The translations under genes were made by a program, and so were the position numbers. The notes under the pieces are model-generated. The model was not told where the DNA came from, ran no database searches, and worked only from the letters and a program-made list of their open reading frames with translations. Shown here piece after piece: positions 22,202 through 31,067 of a DNA stretch of 64,000 nt. The stretch lies in NCBI GenBank assembly GCA_963790025.1, contig CAWBMP010000005.1, forward strand, positions 384,001-448,000. Reading direction: 5' to 3'. The number at the start of each line of letters is the position of its first letter. Within the stretch, counting starts at the first letter, position 1. The stretch comes from Nitrospirota bacterium (GTDB lineage Bacteria; Nitrospirota; Thermodesulfovibrionia; Thermodesulfovibrionales; Dissulfurispiraceae).

Positions 22202-22400
22202 AGGATAAGCTTTTGTTGCCGATGGGATAATTATAATGGAGACTTTAATTATCTCTGACTGGAGGTGCGGCAGTCTTCCACCGTAAACGCCTCGACGGGC
22301 ACGTTAACATCCAGTCTGTAAGCCTCAATCCCTAAGCCCTTTCGGCGACTATCAGGGGACTCGTTATCAAAGAGCCCGATCAGAGCAAGACCTTCTTTTC

Positions 22401-23177
22401 CTATGCAGTGGTATTAACTCCATTTGAACTCGTGGTTGCACCGTTTTGTCCTGATTGTCCGTTTAATGTTTCGAGAATATTCGTCAATTGGGATGCCTGG
22501 GTTGAATTTCCGCTTGATGCTTCAAGAAGTTGAACAAGTGAAGACACACTATTACTGTTGGTTCCGTTCCCGAACATTGCCGTCAATATACCGTTGTTTA
22601 CCGAACTTCCCTCTAATACGTTCAATAATTCATCGGAAACATCGTTCGCGGTGGAGTTGGTAACTGTAGTTGTTGGAGTAGCACTTGAGGTCCCTGCTGT
22701 CGTTGCACCAGAGTTTGTTGTGTCTTCCGCGTCTGAGTTACCTCCTTCGTGGTGGTGGTGATGATGTCCGTGTCCTTTCATTGCAGACATATCACTTTCA
22801 ACCTGGTTCAATGCATTACCAACTGCATTCTGTGAAGAAGTTCCAGCAGTAGACGTTCCCTGACTTGTCGTTGTACTTGATGTGGCTGATGTCAAGGCAC
22901 TTACAAGAGCCTGAACATCGTTTTGAAAATTCTGCATATTGCTGCTGGTGCTCGCACTATTAGTCGACTCTCCTTGCTCTGTACCAGACATGTCACTGAG
23001 CAACTGCGTTGCAGACGCCGACAACGCCTGTTCCGATAGGGTCACCTGGTCTTGGTTTCCAGAATTCATCGCACTCTGAAGAGATTGCAAATCATTCTTG
23101 AAGTTATTGAAGTCGGATCTCATTGAATTTTGGGTATTTTGTGTCTGATAGTCACTACCGATTGGTGAAATTGTCAT
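22401..23177 (-). CDS. Hypothetical S/T/N/Q-rich protein with His tract (paralogue A)
   Basis: 258-aa ORF with SD AAGGGGGTG; clear similarity to the neighbouring ORF. Confidence 0.8.
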   Translation of the reverse strand: MTISPIGSDYQTQNTQNSMRSDFNNFKNDLQSLQSAMNSGNQDQVTLSEQALSASATQLLSDMSGTEQGESTNSASTSSNMQNFQNDVQALVSALTSATSSTTTSQGTSTAGTSSQNAVGNALNQVESDMSAMKGHGHHHHHHEGGNSDAEDTTNSGATTAGTSSATPTTTVTNSTANDVSDELLNVLEGSSVNNGILTAMFGNGTNSNSVSSLVQLLEASSGNSTQASQLTNILETLNGQSGQNGATTSSNGVNTTA

Positions 23178-23217
23178 TTGCCACCCCCTTGTGGAGAAGT
23201 TCTCCTCGTCTTTACTG

Positions 23218-23244
23218 TTATCGTTACTTTTATAAAAAACTTGA
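23218..23244 (-). promoter_or_regulatory. Sigma28 (FliA)-like promoter of paralogue A
   Basis: TCAA-N15-AACGATAA versus consensus TAAA/TCAA-N15-GCCGATAA; about 40 nt upstream of the ATG. Confidence 0.6.
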
Positions 23245-23462
23245 ATGTGGATTATAATTTAAGCAGATATTTTGTGTATAGTATTGCTGGACAATTAAAT
23301 ACTCATGAGCACAAGTGACGGCGAGAATGTGTTGCAAAGAATACCGGAGTCTGAAGAAAAAGCTTCCATCCACGCATTCAGAGCAACTCTTTGACAAGGG
23401 CACTTTATTATCTTAAAAGTTGCCTACCGCATATTTTTGAAAATTAACTTTTTATTTAATAA

Positions 23463-23490
23463 TGAGAAAGAGTTCCCCTTCTCTTTCTCA
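23463..23490. terminator. Hairpin between the two paralogues
   Basis: TGAGAAAGAG-N8-CTCTTTCTCA perfect 10-bp stem 22 nt past the paralogue B stop; weak U tract. Confidence 0.5.
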
Positions 23491-23512
23491 CTTTTCGAAA
23501 TAATTCAAATCC

Positions 23513-24211
23513 CTACAGTGTTGAATTAACAGTTCCGTCGTTGTTTTGAGACTGCTCTTCTTCAACGTCTGAAACCAGAGAAGAAGCAGTAGTACTGGAC
23601 AGTCCACCAAGCATTGACATCAAGGAAGAAATAGTGATGCTATTGCCGGAGTTGCCGGTTGTATTGGAGCCATTTGCCGAAACAATACTGCCGCTGTTTT
23701 GAGACAGTGAGCTAAGCATCGACATCAAGGATGAAACGGTGTTGCTAATGTCGGAGTTGTATGTTGTATTGGAGCCGTTCGTTGAAACAGAGGCTTTCGC
23801 ATTGTTATGGTGATGATGGTGACCATGCCCTTTCATGCCGGAGAGATCACTTTCGACTTGGCTCAAGGCGCCCGATACTGAACTCTGCGACGCAGTGCCC
23901 GAACTCTGACTCGCTGATGTCAACGCACTCTGAAGGACCTGCAGATCATTTTGAAGATTCTGCATATTGTTGTTTCCCGAATTCTGCCCCTGATTAGTGT
24001 TACCGGATGCCTGTCCTTGGGTGTTGTTTGACAAGTCACTTTGTATTTGACTCAACGACTGGGATAAGGCATTTTCCGATATCGTAACCTGGTCCTGGTC
24101 TCCTGAATTCAACGCAGTCTGAAGAGCTTTCACATTTCTGCGAAAAGTCTGAAAGGAGCTCCTTGCAGAGTTTTGATTCTGATTGTTGCTGTCTAAAGGT
24201 TGTATTGACAT
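23513..24211 (-). CDS. Hypothetical S/T/N/Q-rich protein with His tract (paralogue B)
   Basis: 232-aa ORF with strong SD AAAGGAGG; shares NSGxQDQVTxSExALS and QVESDxSxMKGHGHHHHH with paralogue A. Confidence 0.82.
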   Translation of the reverse strand: MSIQPLDSNNQNQNSARSSFQTFRRNVKALQTALNSGDQDQVTISENALSQSLSQIQSDLSNNTQGQASGNTNQGQNSGNNNMQNLQNDLQVLQSALTSASQSSGTASQSSVSGALSQVESDLSGMKGHGHHHHHNNAKASVSTNGSNTTYNSDISNTVSSLMSMLSSLSQNSGSIVSANGSNTTGNSGNSITISSLMSMLGGLSSTTASSLVSDVEEEQSQNNDGTVNSTL

Positions 24212-24263
24212 TCTTCTTAACCTCCTTTCTTATAAAGATAACAAAAGATGACATGAAACAGAA

Positions 24264-24280
24264 GGCAATTTGCATGCCAA
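24264..24280 (-). promoter_or_regulatory. Sigma54 (-24/-12) promoter of paralogue B
   Basis: TTGGCATGCAAATTGC: GG-N10-GC with near-consensus flanks, about 53 nt upstream of the ATG. Confidence 0.7.
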
Positions 24281-24342
24281 ATAGTTGATAAGACAACAAA
24301 ATGTATGATTTTGATGGTATGATGCAACTGCACTCTGCCTAA

Positions 24343-24350
24343 TTATCGGC
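24343..24350 (-). promoter_or_regulatory. Sigma28 -10 element upstream of paralogue B
   Basis: Perfect GCCGATAA; -35 imperfect (TTAA at N14). Confidence 0.45.
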
Positions 24351-24835
24351 AGACATAAAGATTCTTAACTTGGTAAAAAGCTATCGGTAACTATGACATT
24401 TGTTAAAACATGAGATTGTTTCTTATGATTGCTGATTCTTAACCGGGCAACATTTTACCTTTAATTGATTCCAACAGGGAAAAAATTTCCTGCACCCCGG
24501 CAGAGGAATTGCAGTATAATTCCATAAAATCCAAAAATTGTTTTGATTCATTGTAACCTTCTGATTATCCTGCTCGACTTAAAATAGATGAGTTTGCTTA
24601 TGCAGACAGTTGGCTGCTCAGCAGATTGGGGAATCTCCTCAGGAGACGGCGAAGCGGAATACTGCCACCACCGCTGCCATCGGATTTCGGTGCCGAGCCT
24701 TCTACTTATTACCCGGCTCTGCCGCCGCCGCCGCAATAACTATAAGTTGGACGAAATGTGTTTGTTGATCGTTGAATGATCACAAGGGGACCTGGCAACA
24801 CGAGTTAGAAAATATGAACCGGGACGTGGTTTCCA

Positions 24836-25525
24836 TTGAACAAAATCGAAATAGTTCAAAGAATAATTGATAGGAAAAAAGCCCGCACATACCTGGAAAT
24901 AGGGGTATATCAAGGAGATAATTTTTTCCCAATCAAAGCAAAACGAAAAATTGCAGTTGACCCAAAATTCGGGTTCTCAAGAAAATACAGAATAAAGTGG
25001 ATTCTAAAAAATGTACATAATTTTAAAGCAAAGTACTACGAGTTCAGTAGCGATGGCTTCTTTTCATCTATTAGCTCAATTGATCGTTTCGACGTGGTGT
25101 TTATTGATGGGTTGCATACTTACCGGCAATCATTGAGAGACACCATTAACTCCTTGGGCAACCTAAATGAAAATGGCATAATTGTTTTGCATGATTGCAA
25201 TCCACCAAATCAGGTAGCAGCGTATCCGGCAGAGTCCCTTGACGCTGCTGCTGCCTTGAAGTTACCTGGATGGAATGGAGAGTGGTGTGGAGAGGTATGG
25301 AAGACTATCTGCTACTTAAGAAGTCAGATGAGGGATTTGCGAGTATTTGTGTTAGATTGCGATTTTGGATTAGGAATGGTGATGAAAGGAGCGCCTGATA
25401 ATTTGCTGAACTTGAGTGAAGAGGTATTGAACAAAATGACTTATGAAGATTTATTGAGAGAAAGAAGAGACCTTCTTAACTTAAAAGATGAAAGCTACCT
25501 GTTCGAATTTTTGGAGACGATCTGA
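24836..25525 (+). CDS. Class I SAM-dependent methyltransferase (Methyltransf_24-like)
   Basis: YLEIGV, FDVVFIDGLH, GIIVLHDCNP; visibly AT-rich; TTG start uncertain. Confidence 0.82.
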   Translation: MNKIEIVQRIIDRKKARTYLEIGVYQGDNFFPIKAKRKIAVDPKFGFSRKYRIKWILKNVHNFKAKYYEFSSDGFFSSISSIDRFDVVFIDGLHTYRQSLRDTINSLGNLNENGIIVLHDCNPPNQVAAYPAESLDAAAALKLPGWNGEWCGEVWKTICYLRSQMRDLRVFVLDCDFGLGMVMKGAPDNLLNLSEEVLNKMTYEDLLRERRDLLNLKDESYLFEFLETI

Positions 25526-25567
25526 TCAAAAACAGGTGAAAGCAGCATCAGGCCTGTCCTCCGGGTA

Positions 25568-26647
25568 TCAAGGCTGAAACGACTCCTTAAGCGCCGCATT
25601 CATGATCTCTCCATTGCACGTATTCAGGGCGCTTCTCAGCTCGGGATCCTCTGTGATCGCTGCCTCGACGCCCCTGTCCGCAAGGGTAGTTATGTAGGGC
25701 AGTGTTGCATTGGTCAGGGCAAGTGTGGATGTGCGGGGATATGCCCCCGGCATGTTGGCAACGGCATAGTGGATTATCCCTTCTACACTGTAGACAGGGT
25801 TGTCGTGTGTAGTAGGCTTTGATGTTTCTACGCATCCTCCCTGGTCAACGGATACGTCGATGATAACAGAACCCCTCTTTATGGTCTTCAGCATTTCTTT
25901 TGTAATGAGAAGTGGTGTTCTGCTGCCCGCAATCAGGACCGCTCCGATGATTATGTCGGCTTGCCTGATTTCTTCCTGAACAGTGTAATGGTCGAGAGGC
26001 AAGGTCTTGACGTCTCCCATAAAGATTTCATCAATATGCTGCAACCTGTCTTCCCTCCTATCCATGACCACGGAGTCAATGCCGAGGCCGTGAGCCACAC
26101 GGGCGGCATTAGTGCCAACGACGCCAGCGCCCAAAATTAGCGCTTTTGCTGGTCTGACCCCAGGGACGCCTGCAGGCAGTATGCCGCTCCCTCCGAAAAT
26201 TTTCTGGAGGTAATACGCAGCCATCAGAGGCGCCATCCTCCCTGCAATCTCGCTCATTGGAGCAAGCAGGGGAAGAGCATTGCCTTTTTGCAGCGTTTCG
26301 TAGCCAAAGGATGTAACTTTTTTATGGAGCAGCATCCTGGTGAGGTCGTTGTTGGGTGCAAGGTGCAGAAATGTGAATACGGCTTGTCTCTTACGGATAA
26401 GCCCGAATTCAACCGGCAGGGGTTCTTTGACTTTAACGATCAACTCCGTTTCTTTAAAAAGCGCTTCCCTGTTGGCAATGCGGCCGCCGGCGGCGAGGTA
26501 TTCGGCATCGGGAAAGCCGCTGCCTTCTCCCGCACCTGTTTCAACGTATACGCTGTGACCGTGTCTCTTAAGTTCGGCAACACCAATAGGGGTGATGCTG
26601 ACCCTGTACTCTTCTTTCTTGACTTCCCTCGGCACTCCTATAATCAT
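25568..26647 (-). CDS. ald: Alanine dehydrogenase
   Basis: MIIGVPRE, KVKEP, FLHLA, PMSEIAG, GAGVVG, DQGGC, NMPGAYPRTST. Confidence 0.96.
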   Translation of the reverse strand: MIIGVPREVKKEEYRVSITPIGVAELKRHGHSVYVETGAGEGSGFPDAEYLAAGGRIANREALFKETELIVKVKEPLPVEFGLIRKRQAVFTFLHLAPNNDLTRMLLHKKVTSFGYETLQKGNALPLLAPMSEIAGRMAPLMAAYYLQKIFGGSGILPAGVPGVRPAKALILGAGVVGTNAARVAHGLGIDSVVMDRREDRLQHIDEIFMGDVKTLPLDHYTVQEEIRQADIIIGAVLIAGSRTPLLITKEMLKTIKRGSVIIDVSVDQGGCVETSKPTTHDNPVYSVEGIIHYAVANMPGAYPRTSTLALTNATLPYITTLADRGVEAAITEDPELRSALNTCNGEIMNAALKESFQP

Positions 26648-26730
26648 CGCAGGCTCCCCTGTCAGATTTACATCACATATTAGCATAAATTGACTACTAC
26701 CGGCTTGTTGGCATACGTTCTCATTTTATT

Positions 26731-26759
26731 TTGCGGGTCCCTGCTTTTAGTGATATAAT
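26731..26759 (+). promoter_or_regulatory. Sigma70-type promoter of the nnr operon
   Basis: TTGCGG-N17-TATAAT with extended TG. Confidence 0.6.
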
Positions 26760-26789
26760 ATGCCGATTGAACGGAAAGGATGACCTCCC

Positions 26790-28343
26790 ATGAAAGTTGT
26801 TACTGCTGCTGAGATGAGAGAAATAGATAGGCTCACCATTGAAGACTGCGGTATACCCGGTCTTGTGCTGATGGAGAGGGCGGGTCTCGCTGTAGCGTCC
26901 CGGGTAAGGGAGCTTTATCGGTCAACAAAGGCGGTTGTACTTTGCGGCGGAGGCAACAACGGCGGCGATGGTCTGGTCGCCGCTCGGGAACTTTTTAATC
27001 GGGGTTTTAAGGTGAAGGTTGTTATGCTGGCAAAGAAGGAGGCGCTCAGCGCCGACTGTGCTTTACAGTACCGGATTTCAAAAAAAATCGGGGTGCCGAT
27101 TGAGTTCCGCAATTCACTGGATGCAAAAGATATCCATGGCGCGGTGGTCATTGATGCGGTATTCGGCACAGGTCTTGCCCGTCCGGTTAAAGGCGAAATT
27201 GCAGCGCTGTTCTCTTTCCTGAATACTGCAGACATACCGGTGATTGCTGTTGATATGCCATCAGGGATCTCATCGGATACAGGTGAAATTTTGGGCGAGG
27301 CTGTCATGGCTGACTGCACAGTCACTTTCGGTTTGCCCAAAAGAGGGCACTTTCTCTATCCAGGTGCTGAACATACGGGCAAGCTATATATAGAGGATAT
27401 CGGATTTCCAAGCCGTCTTATCGAATCTGACTCTATTAAGGTTTCGTTGTCCGACAGGGAAACTGCTTCCGGACTTCTTTCTTCAAGGCCTGGAAATTCT
27501 TTCAAGGGAGATTACGGTCATGTGCTGGTAGTTGCCGGCTCAAGGGGCAAGACAGGCGCTGCGCTGATGTCCTCTCAAGCAGCAATGAGGAGCGGTTCAG
27601 GGCTTGTTACAATCGGCATTCCTGAATCACTGGTGGCCAGCCTCCAGGGCAGGATAACAGAAGAGATGCTCCTGCCGCTCCCTGACGACGGCAGCGGCAT
27701 GATGTCCTCTAAAGCTCTGGACCGCATACTTGAATTTGCGTCTAAAAAAATCGATGTCATTGCCGTAGGCCCCGGTATTGGTGTATCACCAGCTACGAAA
27801 AAGATCGTAAAAGAGCTGGTGCTGAGGTCCGCTATCCCTATTGTGGTGGACGCTGACGGACTGAACTCTATAAGCGCATCAGGGGGGGATGCCCAGGGGG
27901 TAAAGAAGCTCTTACAGAGGGCAAAAGCTCCCATCATACTTACGCCGCATCCGGGTGAAATGGCGCGGCTTATTCATCAGCCGAAGGTTACGGAGCGGAT
28001 CGGCGTTCCCCTGTCTTTTGCCGGAGAAGCAGGTATTTATCTTGTATTGAAGGGAGTCCCCACAGTAACAGCAATGCCTGAAGGAGATGTATTCATCAAC
28101 ACGACGGGGAACCCAGGCATGGCCACAGCTGGGGCCGGCGATGTCCTTACAGGGATTATCTCGTCCCTGCTCGGACAGGGTATGAATCCGGCAGATGCGT
28201 CTATGCTCGGCGTCTTCATCCATGGCATGGCCGGGGACAAGGCGGCGGCAAAGGTGGGAGAATACTCGCTCATCGCGTCTGATCTCATCAATGCGCTCCC
28301 CGATACCTTTATGGAATTGCAAGGCATGAAAGATAGTGATTAA
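26790..28343 (+). CDS. nnr: Bifunctional NAD(P)H-hydrate epimerase/dehydratase
   Basis: LMERAG, GNNGGDG, DAVFGTG, TPHPGEM, GMATAGAGDVLTG. Confidence 0.96.
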   Translation: MKVVTAAEMREIDRLTIEDCGIPGLVLMERAGLAVASRVRELYRSTKAVVLCGGGNNGGDGLVAARELFNRGFKVKVVMLAKKEALSADCALQYRISKKIGVPIEFRNSLDAKDIHGAVVIDAVFGTGLARPVKGEIAALFSFLNTADIPVIAVDMPSGISSDTGEILGEAVMADCTVTFGLPKRGHFLYPGAEHTGKLYIEDIGFPSRLIESDSIKVSLSDRETASGLLSSRPGNSFKGDYGHVLVVAGSRGKTGAALMSSQAAMRSGSGLVTIGIPESLVASLQGRITEEMLLPLPDDGSGMMSSKALDRILEFASKKIDVIAVGPGIGVSPATKKIVKELVLRSAIPIVVDADGLNSISASGGDAQGVKKLLQRAKAPIILTPHPGEMARLIHQPKVTERIGVPLSFAGEAGIYLVLKGVPTVTAMPEGDVFINTTGNPGMATAGAGDVLTGIISSLLGQGMNPADASMLGVFIHGMAGDKAAAKVGEYSLIASDLINALPDTFMELQGMKDSD

Positions 28344-28357
28344 GGATCGTTCCTGAA

Positions 28358-29044
28358 GTGCGTGATACCGTCGTTATTCCACCTGTCTTCCATGGGCAGC
28401 ATGTTAAGGCGTTTTTTACTACTAAGGCATTGAGCTGTGATGTGCATGAGCTTGCAAGGTTTCTCGCTGTCCCTTCTGAGAATATCTACATGCCGATCCA
28501 GAAACATACTGACAAAGTTGTGGTCCTGGATTATGAGCGTGGACCCAAAGTCGGCGATGCGGTTATAACTCAAAACCGTGACATTTTCATTGGCGTGCAG
28601 GTGGCGGACTGCGTGCCTGTTCTTTTATTTGATAAAAAACGGCATGTGGCAGGGGCTGTTCATGCCGGATGGCGCGGGACCGCTGCTTCAATAGTGACAA
28701 AAACAATCGAAACGATGTCCGAGCGTTTCTTCACAAACCCGGCGGATATTATCATGGCTATAGGCCCCGGAATACGAGGCTGCTGTTACGAGGTGGGACC
28801 TGAAGTCATGGAGGCGGTAACGAGAGCGAGCGGAGAAGGGGACTATCGCAGTATCAAACGAGGGAAATACTGTCTTGATCTGGCCAGGGCCAACAGGCAG
28901 CAGGCCGTCTCCTCAGGCGTGACCCCTGAACAAATATGGCTCTCCGGTGAATGCACATTTTGTCTGCCGGAAAAATACTACTCATTCCGTTTTGCGAATG
29001 GGACTACAGGACGTCAGTGCGGCGTTATCGGAATTGTTTTATAA
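28358..29044 (+). CDS. pgeF: YfiH/PgeF family protein
   Basis: Q.H, ADCVPVL, HAGWRG, IGPGI..CCYEVG, CT, YSFR. Confidence 0.92.
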   Translation: MRDTVVIPPVFHGQHVKAFFTTKALSCDVHELARFLAVPSENIYMPIQKHTDKVVVLDYERGPKVGDAVITQNRDIFIGVQVADCVPVLLFDKKRHVAGAVHAGWRGTAASIVTKTIETMSERFFTNPADIIMAIGPGIRGCCYEVGPEVMEAVTRASGEGDYRSIKRGKYCLDLARANRQQAVSSGVTPEQIWLSGECTFCLPEKYYSFRFANGTTGRQCGVIGIVL

Positions 29045-29057
29045 TACAGGCAATAGG

Positions 29058-29110
29058 AAAAGTAAGAAGTGCTCCTCACTTTTTTTACTTTTTACTTTTG
29101 ACTTTTTACT
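29058..29110. repeat. Heptamer-repeat element, same family as 9500-9600
   Basis: aaaagtaagaagt / tttttactttttacttttgactttttact. Confidence 0.6.
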
Positions 29111-29129
29111 CGTGTTTAAAGGAGAGAGA

Positions 29130-29579
29130 ATGCTTAAGGCAAAAGACATCATGACGAAAGAGGTGATAACGGTAAAACCCTTGACCTCGCTCGAAGATCT
29201 GGCCCGTATCCTGATAGAGCATAATATCAGCGGGGTCCCTGTTGTAAACGATGAAAATGATTTGACCGGCATAGTCACTGAAAATGATCTGATCAGCAAG
29301 AACAAACGTTTGCACATCCCCACAGTCATGAGGCTATTCGATGCCTATATAATGCTTGAAAGCCCGGCGACAATTGAAAAAGAGATCAGGAGAATGGCGG
29401 CTGTCACCGTCAATGATATATTTATCAAAGACGTTGTTACTGTTACCGAAGAAGCTACTGCTGAGGAAATAGCTACCATTATGGCCGAAAAGAAGGTGCA
29501 TCTTATACCCGTCGTCGCCGGAAAAAAGATCCGCGGCATAATCGGGAAAATGGACCTGATTAAAGGGATTGCAAGATAA
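29130..29579 (+). CDS. CBS-domain pair protein
   Basis: KAKDIMT, ISGVPVV, GIVTENDL, second CBS repeat; ATG follows GGAG. Confidence 0.92.
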   Translation: MLKAKDIMTKEVITVKPLTSLEDLARILIEHNISGVPVVNDENDLTGIVTENDLISKNKRLHIPTVMRLFDAYIMLESPATIEKEIRRMAAVTVNDIFIKDVVTVTEEATAEEIATIMAEKKVHLIPVVAGKKIRGIIGKMDLIKGIAR

Positions 29580-29607
29580 AGATAGGTAAAGGTAAAGGTA
29601 AAGGCCT
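29577..29607. repeat. Tandem AGGTAA hexamers starting at the stop codon
   Basis: taaagataggtaaaggtaaaggtaaagg; first 15 nt identical to 55717-55731. Confidence 0.65.
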
Positions 29608-29629
29608 GATATAGGGTGGTTCTTTGTAA

Positions 29630-30160
29630 ATGAAAACAGAATGTCTTTCAGCGAAAATTATTACCGGGTCACCTGAAGAAACGGAGATGATAGGTTTTAA
29701 GCTCGGGACTTTTTTAAAGTCCTATGTGAGTATAAAGACAGTAATGCTTTATGGCGATCTTGGTTCCGGTAAAACAACGCTGATAAAGGGAATTGCCTCT
29801 GCCTTTGGCATTCCGCGGAGAGACCTGTGCAGCGCCAGTTTCGTGATGGTTGCTGAGTATGAAACTTCTCCTCCATTTTATCATATAGACCTGTACCGTC
29901 TGGAAAGCCCTGAAGCTGTCGATGCAGCGGGGGTCTGGGAATATATTGAGACAGGCGGCGTTGCTGTTATCGAGTGGGCTGAAAGGCTTCGCGGGGAGCC
30001 TGAAAATGCCGTTAAAGTATACATTACTCATCTAACGGCCCAGAAAAGAGAAATTACAATAACGTTCAGCGTACTGAGTACAGCGTACTGCGAAAAAGAA
30101 TTTTTTTCGGCGCTGAACGCCGAACTCAGAACGCTTTACGCAGTGCGGAATAAGGGATGA
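29630..30160 (+). CDS. tsaE: tRNA threonylcarbamoyladenosine biosynthesis ATPase, with a repeat-derived C-terminal extension
   Basis: GDLGSGKTT, HIDLYRL, IEWAE. Confidence 0.92.
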   Translation: MKTECLSAKIITGSPEETEMIGFKLGTFLKSYVSIKTVMLYGDLGSGKTTLIKGIASAFGIPRRDLCSASFVMVAEYETSPPFYHIDLYRLESPEAVDAAGVWEYIETGGVAVIEWAERLRGEPENAVKVYITHLTAQKREITITFSVLSTAYCEKEFFSALNAELRTLYAVRNKG

Positions 30161-31008
30161 ACCGGATAGGGATTATATGTAAAACCGGCAGGCCGGAACC
30201 CGCCGGAATTTTGAAGATTCTTCTCCCCTGGCTTACAGACAAGGGTTACGAGGTGTTTATCGATGAAGAAACCGCGGCGTTCCTGCAGGTCAGGGGATAT
30301 TCAAGAGCAGATATTCCCTCACTCTCGGAGGTAGTTATTGTGTTCGGTGGTGATGGGACCATGCTTGGCGTGGCCAGGCTTATAGCTGGTAAAGGGGTGC
30401 CGATACTCGGAGTCAACCTGGGAGGGCTCGGTTTTATTACCGAAGTGAACAGGGATGAGGTGTTTGAAATCCTGGACGAGATGCTGTCCGGCAAGTGCTC
30501 CATTGAGGACCGGATCATGCTCGCAGTCAGAGTACAACGCAATGGTAAGGCTGTAGCCGATTTTACCGTGCTTAACGATGTGGTCATAAATAAAGGGGCG
30601 CTGGCAAGGATTATAGACCTGGAAACATATGTCAGCGGCAAATATGTTACCACGTTCAGGTCTGACGGTCTCATCATCTCCACCCCGACAGGGTCCACGG
30701 CTTACTCTCTTTCTGCCGGGGGCCCGATACTATATCCAACCCTTAGCAGCATAGTGCTCACCCCTATATGTCCACACACCCTGACCAATAGACCGATTGT
30801 CCTCCCTGACAACGTCGCCATTCTGGTTACACTCAGGGCGGCGAGCGAGGATGTCTTTCTCACGCTCGACGGCCAGATAGGTTTTTCTCTTCAGAGAGAC
30901 GATACCGTGGAGGTAATGAAAGCGTTATTTACCACCAAACTTCTCATACCAATGGAGCGGGACTATTTTCATGTACTCAGGACCAAACTCAAATGGGGCG
31001 AAAGATAG
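30157..31008 (+). CDS. nadK: NAD kinase
   Basis: GGDGT, NLGGLGF, LNDVVI, STPTGSTAYSLSAGGP. Confidence 0.97.
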   Translation: MNRIGIICKTGRPEPAGILKILLPWLTDKGYEVFIDEETAAFLQVRGYSRADIPSLSEVVIVFGGDGTMLGVARLIAGKGVPILGVNLGGLGFITEVNRDEVFEILDEMLSGKCSIEDRIMLAVRVQRNGKAVADFTVLNDVVINKGALARIIDLETYVSGKYVTTFRSDGLIISTPTGSTAYSLSAGGPILYPTLSSIVLTPICPHTLTNRPIVLPDNVAILVTLRAASEDVFLTLDGQIGFSLQRDDTVEVMKALFTTKLLIPMERDYFHVLRTKLKWGER

Positions 31009-31067
31009 GCTTCTTAAAAAATCCATGCTTATAGCCGATTATCCGTGCTTGCGCTTGGACAGAACTT

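Noticed and set aside
22340..22370. Hammerhead-like CTGA...GAAA on the minus strand
   Set aside because: The core reads CUGAUAG rather than CUGANGA and the required stems are absent
22740..22775. His tracts as a cloning tag or synthetic insert
   Set aside because: Mixed CAT/CAC codons, internal position, and present in both diverged paralogues in a conserved MKGHG context
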